Below the pieces are notes generated by a model. It ran no database searches and was not told the DNA's origin. It worked only from the letters and a program-made list of their open reading frames with translations. Both the position numbers and the translations under genes were made by a program. From Dimorphilus gyrociliatus (taxonomy: Eukaryota; Animalia; Annelida): a stretch of 64,000 bases of DNA. Positions 24,733 through 37,500 of this stretch are shown here, in pieces. Location of the stretch: NCBI GenBank assembly GCA_904063045.1, contig CAJFCJ010000013.1, forward strand, positions 974,156 to 1,038,155. The letters are read 5' to 3'. Position 1 is the first letter of the stretch, and each line of letters starts with the position of its first letter.

Positions 24733-26550
24733 CTAAGAATATCTAGATTTTACAAAGATTCTAATCTGCCATTTTGTTCTCCTTTGAAGATCGTTGAGCA
24801 ATTCGGTGTAGGATTTTATATTGAATTGTTGGCGTTCTTTGGTGCCTATCGCCGTATCTTTTATTGAGATTTTCGTAAATTTGATGAGATCACAGGGTGA
24901 CACTTTTGCAATTCTCATTTTATGTGGAGAATAGGGAGAGCTAAGCTTCCAAGATAGGTATTTCACGTATGATTGCCTTCTAAACTGTCGACCTAGTGTT
25001 CGATATAGTTTTCGTAATGTCAGAGCTGAGTCTGATATGGCCGTTTTTGGCATGAGGTCATTGGTACTACTTGTACTGCGCGAAAATGTATTCATGTAAC
25101 TACTAGTAGGTATACTATATCCCCCTACAGTTCGGCAGATGGGCTCATAAAATCTATTGCACACAGTCTTGAAATAGGCTGATAAATTCTCCATTACGGA
25201 ATTCAGGTAGATTTGCCATTCGTAAAGTTGTCTTTTTGTGGTTCTTTATTACGCATAATTTACATTTTTTTATAACCTTTTGTTTTATTCCAGTTGATGC
25301 ATATATAAGATGTAAACTCTCTGCTTACTTCATCCAAATAGTTTGGAGAGATGCATGATTGTTATTATCGTGTATATATTCGATGATTCTAGTATGGTGA
25401 GCGTTTACAATAATCTTTCTTGTCTCTCGTGATTTGGATAGCCTTTCCATAGGAATAGTGCTTTGAACAATTTTATATAGATATCGTTGTGCAATGTCTT
25501 GTTCGGCGGTGATTAGCTTTGTGTCTTTAGAAGGTTTATTGACTCATAGACGAGAGTTGGTATTAAATCTTAAAATCCAGGCCATGGTATGACGCATCTT
25601 TGGCCAGCTCCATTTATAGCGAATGTGAAATCCGCTATTACTAGGTTATTTCTTACATTTAAATGATTTATTTCAATATTTCTAGTGCCGTTTTGTCATA
25701 GAATGCTCAGTGTCCCTGTGGGGTAAATTGACTTGAATTTCATCGGATAATGGATAATAAAGAAGCTTGCTTAACAGTACAATCTAGAGCAGTAAGGGCT
25801 ACAAAAAAAGGTGAGCTTGTGGCACCGAAAAAATATGGAGGATTATCACAGCAGATAAAATATTACCCTTCTGTTGATAATGCCATGGTGGGAGATGTAA
25901 AATTTAACCTCATCATGTGGCACTGGTCGGACATAATTATGGGCAAACAATGTTTGAATACCTTTAATATATTCATCATTGTAAATGGATTGTCAACGGA
26001 TGGTTTGTAATCGAGCTCTCGCCTTGAAACGGTTATTCTGAAGTACTTTGAGGTCATATTTAAAAGGAGTAGAGGGAAAGTCCAATAGTCATTCGACGGT
26101 TGCGTATAGTTTTCCAGTAAGTCAGCAGCACGAATATCTTGCGAAAAAAACGTGGTGGGCCTGAAACGACCTATGTCCGGCAATTGGAAAACTTGATCGA
26201 AGTTATGGACATTACGGCTAGTTTCAGTATATACTATGCTGCAATTCACCATATTTGTAGAATCGATTACGTTTGGGATGGTGTGAGGTATAGGAGTTCG
26301 ATACCAGCCCAGAGGAAATTTAACATAGGCAAACTTCTTATTTCGGAACATCCATAGTGGGAATTGTATTGTCCGATGAGTAGGTCAACTCGACCACAAG
26401 GTATTTCTTGTTCGGTGTAAAGGGAATTAATATATATTGCAGGTTAGCCTGCCATCGGTGGTAAGAAATCTACCACTTACGCTTTAGCGTCGTAAGCTTT
26501 ACCAAAGTGATGAAAATTGACCTTTACCTTCTTAGTTTGAATGATTTTAT
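24733..26550 (-). mobile_element. Internally deleted BEL/Pao pol remnant (protease, start of RT, post-RNase H region, integrase)
   Basis: Motifs GRVDLLIG, FPLGW, FYISHHGII (RT start YLPHH), WPKMRHTMAWILRF, IIEYIHDNNNHA (integrase Zn finger) and WKLSSPYSPH. Confidence 0.75.
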
Positions 26551-27659
26551 TTGACTATCAATAGTAGGTAACGTTCTCTCATCTCATTTTCCAAGTTCGG
26601 CCATCTTGTTCTTTGATCGTTGTGATATGTTAGAGTTATGACCATCGACTACATACAGTACCGGCGGAAAGATATGATTTTATATTTAGTAGTATTTTCC
26701 TTATCATTCTAGGGAGAAAAAAATGTTTTTAAAAAAAGTACGTTGTATATTCTAATGTTTCAATATATAGTATATGAGTCCTTGGTATTTAGTACACCTG
26801 CCAGCCTTCTATTTATTGAAAAATACAAGTACCTCCTCCTGTATATGTTTTTGTCGTAACAATTATAACTAAATATGAATAATTATTTCTATTTTCAAGT
26901 ATGTTCTTAATATCTCTGAGACTGTTCTCTTAATGTGTGCTTCTTCAACGGTTTCATCCCATTCAACACTATGGAATTCAGATATTAAAAGTATGACAGT
27001 GTACCTTATTTGGTTCGATGAAGCCGATAATGTTGTAAATACGACAATAAGGCCGTTCCTCCTCGCAGGTAGTGAGGCATTGCGTAGACATATTTCAAAT
27101 TTATCTTTATTAGCATCATCGTTATTCACGAGTATAAACTTCTTCCGTCGTCCAACGGTTTACAATCAAACATTTCTTTAAAATTCATCTTTGAACACTT
27201 CCAACAGTTCCTCCTCCTTATTTCTTAGCTCACGTATCATCATTCTCTTTTTTTCATATAACCCATATTGACTCAATAATATTGCTGGCCATGGCTGTAA
27301 TGTTTTCATGCTTTTTCTTTTATTTTTCCAATTCTGATTCCCCAATTTTCTTTTGTCTTTACAGATCTCCTCTTGAATAATGCTGGTTTATAATATCTGA
27401 CGGGCTCTCTACTTGGGGTTTGATTTGGATGTCATAGTAATTTGCTTTTCCGTCTTTCGTGTCACAATCCAATGACTGCTTGGATTATCTTTTATATTTT
27501 TTAAGTTTTAAACAGCGGTTAGGGAACATTTAAGACTTCTAACGTTTTTGAAGATGATTTAAAAGAGAAATTCTTATAGCTTCTGATAGTTTTAATTTTC
27601 TTAACAGCTAGACTACGCATGCGCATTTAAATAAATGATTTTAAAATCCGGTAAAAAGT

Positions 27660-29060
27660 GAAACTACTCAATGCTGTAAATTTGACATGAGCAGGATGAA
27701 AAGGATTGTAAAGAGACTTAAAAAAAACAAGGAAAGGGTAACAGCAGCAAAGATTTTAAAGGAATTAGATGTGAGCCTTAAAACAATTCAGAGGGAGCTG
27801 AAAAGATAACATTTGAAATATAAAAAAGTAAGATAAAAAGTTAATCTGACAAAGAAGGATTGTAAAAGAAGAAAAGATTCCTATCTTAAAAAGACGCCTC
27901 TGGAAAATCCTTTTCCGCTTCCGCCATGAGTGGAGTTTGTATCATCCCTTCTCAGCTACTCAAATCGACGTCAATATTGCAAGAGTGGATCACGTTTTCC
28001 AACTGCTAAAGGCACAGGATCCCTCCATCTCTCATCAATTACTAGCCGATTACCTGAATGGTTCAGTAATCGATCCATTCACCTCTTCCTCATCCACCGC
28101 CCAATCCGTGATCTCGGTGACTCGTTCTGCATCTGCCCACATACGAAAAACAATAAACGTCGAATGGCACCTGTCAGATATCCTAACACTACAAATCACG
28201 GCAAACGTCAGTAAGGTGTAGCGCCGAAATCAACCGCAATTTCCGTCATGAAATCAGAACGAATTGATCGGAGCGAAGACGAAAGGTATTTACAACTTCT
28301 GACTGTGAATATTATACACCTCCACGAGCCTTTTTCAATACTACGTGGTGCAGTAACAGAGCTGAGAGTACGTGAGTTTTGCACAGTTGACAGAACAGGG
28401 AAGATCCTTCCAGGACTCCTCTCTACACCCAGTCTCCAATCATTTCACTTATACCCGCTCCTTCCTGAGGTATAGGGACTATCGCTTAATATACAAAGCT
28501 AGGCTCAGTGTCCGTCAGATCAAAGCCGTCAAATCTCGATTCGACAACCGCACTAGACCAGACTGCAGGAGATGTCATTTCCAGGCAGGGTCGGAACACC
28601 GAAGAAAAAAGAGTGCGTACTTTACCATTTGTAGTGGGATCCTTGCGAGCATGGTCGCTCATCAACCCCAAAGTATTCCAAGCGTTGGGGATCGGTTTTG
28701 GGTACAGAAAATTTTTAAATCTAGACTGGTCTAGAGTAATTTTTAAAAATTAAGCTAGATTCTTACGGAGTGGACCAGGTGATCTTCGGACACGGAAAAA
28801 TGATGGGTTAGAAAAAATATGGGCAGGGGTGGAGTAATCGTTCGGGGGCTAATAAGATCAGATGGGGTATTTTAACTTTGAAAGATTATTGAAAAGTAAA
28901 ATACTGTGACTTGTAGTTGTATTGTTGTACAAGATGTTCTTCCTGTTGTAAAAGAAATATCAGTTAAAATGAGGCCGTAAGACGTATAGTTTCCAATGAA
29001 GATTGGCGGTTTCTTTTTAGATTTGAAGCAAGTAGCAGTGATTTAATGATCCCAAACAGC
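27660..29060 (+). pseudogene. Decayed Tc1 transposase split by a non-LTR insertion
   Basis: Left part VTAAKILKELDVSLKTIQRELKR...KRRKD. Right part resumes after 28750 with DQVIFG (W..VIFSDE) and GGVIVRGLI (GSVMVWG). Confidence 0.65.
27893..28742 (+). mobile_element. 5'-truncated, internally deleted RLE-type non-LTR retrotransposon (R2/NeSL/Utopia-like)
   Basis: GC-richer island with LLKAQDP...LADYLNGS, QGRSF...SNHF...RLIYKARL...CRRCH (start of the CCHC knuckle) and the RLE C-terminus LPFVVGSLRAWSLINPKVFQALGI. Possible TTAAAAA target duplication at 27886-27892 and 28743-28749. Confidence 0.75.
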
Positions 29061-29199
29061 CGCTTTATAATTTCCATTTTATGTTTTTTGTAATATCTGT
29101 CGAACTATGTTTAGTTCTGCTAATTGGTTTCATGAAATCCATGTCGCAGTCTTGGAATGGACTAATAAATTATCCTTTCAATAATAGTACAAGAATAGT

Positions 29200-30390
29200 T
29201 CGTATTTACGGAGAAGGTTGGTTTAGGTGTTGCCGAAGTTCTGGGCGTTGATCTCTGCTTTGTTTTGGTTAGTCATTCTCGTTTCCATTGTATTGTTCTG
29301 GACGGTCATTTCTACAAACCTTTCCTCGAATTTATTTCTTTGCTCCTCAAATTTATCATCAAGGGTTGATGATTCGGTCGTGTTGACCGTTTTAGTTTTG
29401 GTTTCCAATTGATTTGGACGGTTGGCGCCATTGGCCATTTGAATTTTACTCTTTTCCCGGTATTACTTTATTCAATTTCACTTATACCTTAAATTGTAAC
29501 AACTACAACCAAATTTTATTTGATATTTGTAATTACCTAACTGAATCGTTAATCATTTAAAGTAGCTACGGTATGAATGAATACCGCCCAAGGAATGACT
29601 TAAGGCAAAGTTTGAATATTAAAAAGTAAAGTCTATACATAAAATAGTATAGACGATAACCATAACACTGGCTGAAGGAAGGGGAACGGAAAGAGATTCA
29701 TTCGGGATCATACGGTATTATATTTCTGGCATCCTTTTCTAATTTAATGTGTCCGAAATACTATGTATCTCATATGTACGTTCCGATATTTGTCGAGTTA
29801 TGTAACCAAGCTGGAATTTGTACATTGCTTGCTGGTCTAGGTATAGTACTAAGTCGTCTATCTATAGATTTGGTTTGTTGTGGTCTTTTTGCCCTTTTGT
29901 CATTTTTTGGAATGGTTCAGGACAACATTTCATGTTCAATTGTTGACATTTTTTAATAATTGTCGCCGGGTTATATTCGTTATCCTTTATTGGTAGTTTT
30001 GACAATTTAATGAAGTGAATTTGTTTTCGGCCATTCCCACTTGTACATAAAAAGTTGAAATTCAATCATCAGTGTTTCTGCCGTCATGAAGTGATTGGTA
30101 CTATCTTATATTGCTCTTGATCGTAGATAGGTAACTATTAACAAGTATACTTTGCTACTGTGGGTTCGGCAAATCAGCCCTATGACATCTGTAGCGCAGT
30201 CTTGGAATTCTCCGGTACGGGAATCTGGTAGATTAACCATTTGTAAAATTGTTTTCTTTGCGAGACATAGTTCGCATCTCTTCAATACCTTCTTTATTTC
30301 GATCGATGGGCATATAAGATGAAGGGTCTCGGACAACCTCATCCAGACTACTCGGAGAGATAATAATTATTGCAACCTATAAACTCGATA
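29200..30390 (-). mobile_element. BEL/Pao remnants (gag N-terminus 29223-29438; integrase 29750-30350)
   Basis: MANGANRP...DDKFEEQRNKFEER is paralogous to the 24077 gag start. CELC...QMVNLPDSR...F...DVIG is the typical BEL integrase CxxC/QMxxLPxxR block. Confidence 0.7.
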
Positions 30391-30395
30391 TCGAT

Positions 30396-30870
30396 AGCTA
30401 ATGAGGTATTGCCGTAGACATATTTCGAATCCTAGATCTTGAAAGCTATTTTTATTAGCATAATCGTTGTTCATGTTGCGGAATTGACGAGTGTGTACTT
30501 CTTCCGAAATCCAACAGAAATAACGGTTTTATAAAGATATTGCAAGTTAGTAGCATTGAACCTTTCAAATGGATCAATTCTTTTGTTTCTTTGAAAATCA
30601 GTTCGTGTGGTAAGTTCGTACGTTGTAGAGTCGGTTTTGGTTTGTTTATTAGTAATAAATGACGCTCTGTGCTCTTCTTTGTTTTGAAAATTTCCAAAAA
30701 AATGTTCAATGTTCGAAGATCCGCCATCTTGTTCTTTGACCGTTGAGACATGTTCCATCTATTACAATTATTTTTGTAACCTTTCTTCAAATTTATTTCT
30801 TTGCTCCTTCAATTTATCATCGAGAGTTGATGATTATGTCCTATTGACCATTTCAGTCGGACGGTTGGTG
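30396..30870. repeat. Near-identical direct duplicate of 23573-24065 (BEL gag 5' region)
   Basis: Offset 6823 and identical ORF translations. This copy lacks 18 bp between two CCATTTCAGT direct repeats. Confidence 0.95.
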
Positions 30871-31049
30871 TCGTTGATGATTCAGTATTCAGCTGGTATT
30901 ATTATTTACTTTATTGGTAATAATTTATAGTAACTAGTATATGGATGGGTATCGTAAAGAGAATAAAAAATGACTTAAGCCAAGTTAAATAGTATAAAAG
31001 TTAGAGTTAAGCGTAATGCTAGACTTGGAAACGTGTAAGGTAAGGAATT

Positions 31050-32460
31050 ATATCTCTGGCGTCTATCTATTTTCCTGTGATCGGTGTATATCTCATATAT
31101 GCGTTCCAATATTAGTTGGGTAATATATCCAAGTTTAAAGTTGTACATTGGTTGTTGGCACAGACATAATACAAGGTCGATTGTAGATTTGGTTGATACT
31201 GATCTTCCCGTTATTTGGTTCTCTTTTGCATGTCGTTAAATAATTCCATACAGGATTTCGAGTTCAGTTGTTGTCACTCTTAGTAATAGCTGCAAGATTA
31301 TATTCAACGTTTTTATTGATAGCATGATTAGTTTGATGAAGCCAATAGATGATACGGTCATCGGTTCGCCTAGATCATCAATCGCGAAACTTGTGGGGCG
31401 ATGATTAATTTGGTTTTCTATAGCCGACAATGTGAGGTGCATAGTTTCTCATTTTGACAGTTAATTTTTCTTTAATTCCGACGTGAATATCACTTTTTTT
31501 ATGAATCCGATGAGTCGATCAACAATGCCCGTTTTATGTGGAGAATAGGGAGAGCTAAACTTCCAATATAAGTTTTTGACATTGGATTGTTTCTTATTGT
31601 GACTTTCCAAGGTTTAATTCTTTATTATACATAGTTTGCATCTTTTTAAGACCTTTTTTATTTCTATAGTCGCATATAGAAGGTGTAGATTCTCTAACTT
31701 CATACAAATAGTTCAAAGGGGTGTGCATGATTTATGTTATAATGGATGTATTCAATAACTTTAGTAATAATAGATTGACGAGCATCCACGATAATCTTTT
31801 TTTGTCTCTCGCAATTTATCCAATCTAGGAACTGCTTTTACTGATAAGAAAATAGTTTTATATGGTTTTATGAAGTTTGATGCCCTTATTGCTGCTGTCA
31901 ATTCTGCTCGCGGAATGGATGCTCTAGGAGAAGAGCAGAGACGGGACGCCTCGGCATATATGTAAATTGCGTGGGGAAGTGGAATCTTTCTATTAATTGA
32001 ATAGTTTCCGGAAATTTCTGCTGTTGTATTATACTAGGTGTTCTAACAGCACGAATATCATTGATAGAACGGGGTGGATCTGAGTCGAAGTCGTCTATGT
32101 CAATTGAATAACAGGGTCGATGTGATGGACATTGTAACTGGTTACCGGGTATACTATTTTGCAATTTACCATATTTATAGTTTCGTCACAGGCAAAGGGA
32201 CTCAAAACCAACCAAGGGCATGTTTAACAGAGGTAAATTTCTAGTTCTTTATAGTTTTAAGGGTCCGAGATAGGAACTGCTTTTACTGATAAGAAAGTCA
32301 ACTTGACCACTGGGTAGTGCCTGTTCAGTATGGTGTAGGTTAATGTATATTGCAGGCTGACTTGCCATTGGTGATAAAGAATCTACTACGTATGTATTAA
32401 CGTCATATTCCTTTCCTAAGTGAGGTAAAATAACTTTTACTTCTCAGTGAGAAAGCTTGA
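31050..32460 (-). mobile_element. Internally deleted BEL/Pao pol remnant (protease, RNase H piece, integrase)
   Basis: TEKVKVILPHLGKEYDV matches the 23133 ORF. Also GQVDFLI, SIPRAELTAA (Pao RNase H PRLEL motif), VIEYIHYNINHA and an integrase core homologous to 24900-25000. Confidence 0.75.
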
Positions 32461-32480
32461 ATTCGTTGTTGGCGTAATAT

Positions 32481-33510
32481 ATGACAATAAGCTATTGTTC
32501 AAAAACTTATACTGAAGAAACTAGTATGGAATACGATGACTCTCATAGTAGACAACTATCCCACATGAATTTTGACCATTACGATGAGAGAAATATAAGA
32601 ACGAATGGATTACGCATGAATAATTTTTCCAATTCTATGGATTGTCAAATGACAAACGAGACCATTGAATCACAATCTTGCAACTCTACAGTTGTTTCCA
32701 AGAACTTCAATTTGCCAGACGATTTAAGTAAAATTTTTGCTAGACCTGGATGCAATACAGGAACGTTTCCTAATGCTTCTAAGAAAAGTAAGAAGACAAA
32801 TTTACCTAAACCAATAGGTTTAGCTACGAATACTGAATCCCTTCCTAGTGATTATTGTCTTTCTCAACGAACCACATTCAGTTAGCATTTATTACATAAA
32901 ATTTATTATAGAAATCTTTAACGAAAGCAGAAAAGACAATTGAAACTCCTAAAAAACAAATTCAAATTTTAAGTTTGCTTTTTTCAGGGGACTTGTCGAA
33001 ATTTCGAAGTCGCGTCTTAATTGCCTACGACTCTTCTGATAAAAAGAATATTGGTAAGATAACAAATATTGCATGTTGGCTTATAAAAAACAAGTTTAGG
33101 GTTGAATTTGATGATTTTAAACAAGACTTAGTAAAAGAAAATCGAGATTGTTGGATGTGGAATGTTTATAAACAGGTAAATTTCATTTTCAATAGTTTCG
33201 TACAACTGTTCTTTTCAATTCTTAATCTTTGATCACTTGTTTTTTTTAGGCTCCGTTTGTATTACTATGCATGACTCCATCATTTGAGAGGAATATACTA
33301 GAAGGAAAGGATACCTCTGTACAGAAAATATGGAATGATATTGAGGAGAGATTAAAAAAAGATCCATCAAATAGAGAAGGAAATTCAATCGTCCCGTTGT
33401 TAATATCGCCAACAAAACGAGTTCCACCCATCTTAAAAACAATTATAAATGGAAAGATGATTGGCAGAGCCTATCATTCTTTCTATCAGCCTCATATAAA
33501 CTCCCAATAA
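32481..33510 (+). CDS. SEFIR-domain protein (Act1/CIKS-like cytoplasmic adaptor), 3 exons: 32481-32880, 32988-33175, 33250-33510
   Basis: GT-AG phase-compatible joins. RVLIAYDSSD...IACWLIKNKFRVEFDDF...CWMWNVYKQAPFVLLCMTPSF...SIVPLLI matches the SEFIR box pattern. No TM segment or signal peptide seen. Confidence 0.75.
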
Positions 33511-33983
33511 ATAAAGATAGTAAATCTTATTCGATTCCATAGAATCTACCGAGCTAAAACACAGAGAATATAGCAGATGTATATAGTAAAAGTGCGGATC
33601 AGATCATTTTTCAATTTTTATTATTATTATTTTTTATTTTTAATTGTTGCTCAATTTTTTTATCAACTATATTGAAAAGAAGATAAAGGGAAGGGAATAG
33701 AAAAGCATGAAAGTTTCTTTTCAGAGCTAATTTAACTATAGATATATATATAAGAAAAACAAACGATTAAACAAAAAAAGAAACATTTTAACATTTCCAT
33801 TTGGATAATTTTTTTTCTAAATATTTAATATTTCTCTTTTTTTCCATCTTTTTTTTCAGAGACAAAAGTTAACTACACCGTTTTATCTTTCGATATCAGT
33901 TTACAAGTAGAGCAAAAGACGTATGCGTAATTTGTTTGTAAATTATTGTTAAAAATGCTTTATATGAGAAATTGTTAACTTAC

Positions 33984-34130
33984 TCGACGACGTTCATCTT
34001 TCGGGTTTCAAAACCAATAATAGGATCTATGAGCATACTTGTGGCTAGGTCGTCATTGAGGCATAGATCTTTTAAACTCATATGAGTTTTATGATGTATT
34101 CTCATGTTGTCTTCGTCGTCGGTTTGTGAT
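33984..34130 (-). CDS. Suv4-20: Isolated exon encoding the conserved N-terminal block of Suv4-20 (KMT5B/C) H4K20 methyltransferase
   Basis: [30 protein letters not shown] versus the known KMT5B block [30 protein letters not shown]. Good acceptor (TTTTTAG) and donor (GTAAGT). No further exons recognised in the window. Confidence 0.8.
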
Positions 34131-34520
34131 CTAAAAATGAAAAAAACACATTTCAACTGCCGCCATGCGTTTTTTAGTCGCTAAAATGTCGCCTCGATAA
34201 GTTCATTTTCTTGCAAACAAAATATTTCATGTCATAGATAAATAATTAAAAAAATTACGAATCGTCCGTAAAAGCAAAATTTGCCACTTTGGCTGTAGAA
34301 TAAAGGGCCTTTCTTCGGCGTTTTTTCATGATAATAGGCGTCAAGTTAACTACTTTACAAGCGTTTCCACACGTGCTCTAACAGATTATTGAAATAGTAC
34401 TCAACTATAAGCAATACTTTTCGTAATTTTTTTAGATTTAAATTTTTCAAAACTATTGAATATAAAACAATTATTTATAAATTATTAATTAAAAACTTGT
34501 CAAAATCTTCGTACTTTGTG

Positions 34521-37500
34521 TCAAGACACAACACATGCTCGACTAGTTTTTCGTTCTGTTGTGAATTCATTTGATTTTGCATTTAACTCTATATTTTCTT
34601 CCACAAAAGATTCAGAATGACCAACTATTTCAGCGGTATTTTCATTTACCACACTTGTTTCTTTTTTATCTTCTAAAAAGTTCTCTAACATATCTTCATA
34701 ATATTTATCAAAAATGTTAGAAGAATCCATATTTACGTTACCGTCTAGTACTCTAACTCTAGGCTGTTTTTGATGCTTAGCACATAACCACATTTTATTT
34801 CCAAATCCCATCTGACACTTTTTCAAATAAGCTTCATTCGAACAAAAGTATGCCTGATTTGTTTCGTCATTTGCCTTTTCAATTAAGGATATGTAGGCTT
34901 TTGAAAATTGGTCATTATCTGACTCCTCAAATAGAGAACAACTATTAGTAATTTTTTCAAGCAGAGTACTTCCTATATTCGAATTTAAAGCTACTAAAGG
35001 AATATCGGTTTCCTTTAGAAGAGTATAAACTCTTGCAAGATAAGGTGACCAAGTCTTTATTATTTCAGTAGTTTTTTCATCGTCAGGTGAAACATTCCAT
35101 TTTAAAGATTTGAAATTTTCCGGAAGATGCCATCCTTCGTCACATTCACATAGAAATACGAATCTATATCCCAATACTGTATCATTTTCTGATCCTTCTT
35201 CCAAGTCTAAAATAGGAAGGTGTGGTAAACCTCTAACACTATGATGATCGTGAATAGAAAGTACATTCTTTAGAAATTTCCTCTGTATTAGTTCTAGTAA
35301 TTCAATTAACTTGATTTTGGTATTAGATTCGTCTATATTTGTTTCGCTTATATTATCTTCTTTTTCTTCGTCTTCTTCAAATTTCACATGTTCTTTAACA
35401 AACTTTAAAATTTCATTATCATTGTCTTCACAATATTGCAAATCCACTTTTTGATAATCCATCGATAGCATTCCTATCTCGGATCTCATCCAATTTAGAC
35501 CCGTTCCCACAACTGCAATAATGATTGGCAATCGAAGAGTCATTGCTGCGAAACGAAATTCCATTTGGCAATTTTTCGAAGTAACGTATTCGTCGGAGAC
35601 GCATGCAATGACTACTTTTGCACTCTTTAAACCTTCTGTAATATCTTGAATCAGTCCAGTCTGACCAACCTGTTCAATATCCATCCAACAGCTAATACCT
35701 TCTCCTTCTAGTAGTTTCTTGATGCGGCGAGGGTCAACCTTCCCAATAGCTCCTTCTTTACGTTTCGTACCCTTTTCAACTGCCTCTTCAGAATTGCTCC
35801 AACAATAGCTGATAAAACAAGAGGCGGTCTTTCTTTTCTTGGCGCGATAGCTCTTTGACAGAGAGGAAAGAGAGCACATCAAATCTACCAGCTTGCTTTT
35901 CACATTTTGTGGATTTTGCATGTTGATATACAACTATAAGGCAAAAGAATAGGATAAGATAAGATCAGAATTACTTTATGGATATAATGTATATAGTATT
36001 TGAAATCCTACGTCATCTGCGCAGAGCATTCCGACGTCGCTATCTTTCTTCCAGTTGTCACTTTTCTCCATGAGAACAATTTGAGTTTTTACTTTTAATT
36101 GTTTTTTTGAATATAGAAAAAGTTCTTTGCAAATTCGGCTTTTGAGAAAATGATCCGACATCAAAAATAGAATATCTTTAGCTTCTTTCAATGTTAAAAT
36201 TGTATTCTGAATATTCGACTCGCAGCTTTCGTCCACCATTTTGCTGTATCAGTAAAATACGAAAAAGTATTAATTGCAAATGTTATCCGACTGCAAAACT
36301 AACATTGAGACTCCGGAATTCTTGATTTCATTTGATATAATTTTGAATGTATTTTCAAACGTCTGATTGTTTAAATCTTTCGATGAGAATAAGAATACAA
36401 CGTATGTATCGAACTGTGAACGTAGCTTTCTTAGATTTCTTACATCATTTTCCAAATGGAAATCGAAATCGCTTGTCGTTTCTGGAGGAAGCATTCCTGT
36501 TCGTCGAAAGGAAACACAATTGCGCATTGGAGAATAATCTTAATCAAGCAATTCCTTTATTTATTTATTACCTTTGAGTTCAGTAATAGAAAGTGTGTGG
36601 AAATTATCGGTACATTGGAGGAAAGGAATTTTCAAATCTATAGCCCTTTTTATTCTTGTGTAGGGTATAAGGCAAGGGTCTGTTGAACCCTGATGAATAC
36701 ATTCTTTACAGGAGATATAGCAGTCGTATTTCACTCCGACGAATGTTTCTTGGATAAGATTTTTGAATATATCATAAACAAGGAAAAGTATATTATCTGG
36801 TTGAGGTCCTCGTGCATCTATAACTATTGTATGCTCACTATGGGAGATAATATTTATCAGTTAATGGTTTTTATTGTTAGAAATTGTTATACATACTCAT
36901 TTTTCAATAAAACTCCTCTATGGCGATTTTTCACAAGAAACGAACCATTTTTCCACATGTTTGTATCATCACTGAACTGATAGAGACGAACCTGAGCTCT
37001 GTTACATAAACCTGAGGGGAGATAGTCAAAATTGAAAACCATTTTTGTTCGAATTTCGTTGTCTGACAGCTGGCTTTTAAAGAATTGTTCCAAGGACTAA
37101 AGGATTGCAAGAGTAAAGCGCTATACTATAAGTATAATTATTTCGGATAAATTTTACCGTTGGTTCATCTATTGTTAGTAAACATGGAATCAGGCTCGCT
37201 TTTTCACCTTTGAGTGGAAACGTTAAATCAAACTCTTCTGTTAGTTTTAGAAGCCATGTATGTAGTTCTTCCTGATATTTCTCCTTTGGCCATATCCTCT
37301 TGAAATCTTGATGCAGTAGTTTTCCGTCCTATAAGAAATAATTTATTTTGTTTTTTTTTTCATAAATTCATTCATTTATTCTCACTTTAATGGTATTTTG
37401 TCGAACTGATATAAGACAAGCCATCACATCAATAATCCATTGAGGGTTAATAATAATTTTAGATTTAAGAAACTCATTTTGAAAATGTTGAATTGATCCT

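Noticed and set aside
26869-27300. Weak resemblance of ORF 26869-27129 (FEI...NG..IV) to the Suv4-20 SET region
   Set aside because: Only scattered residues match, there is no NHDC motif, and stops surround it; left unassigned.
24733-32460. Possible novel RT-less gag-protease-integrase element family
   Set aside because: The copies retain different RT and RNase H scraps, so these are independent deletions of ordinary BEL/Pao elements.
33860-33921. Plus-strand AG...GT flanked micro-exon candidate
   Set aside because: No partner exons or homology were identified.
34131-34166. ATG at 34166 joined to the Suv4-20 exon by a 19-nt GT-AG intron
   Set aside because: Far shorter than any other intron here (about 50 nt or more); an internal ATG or a more distant first exon is likelier.
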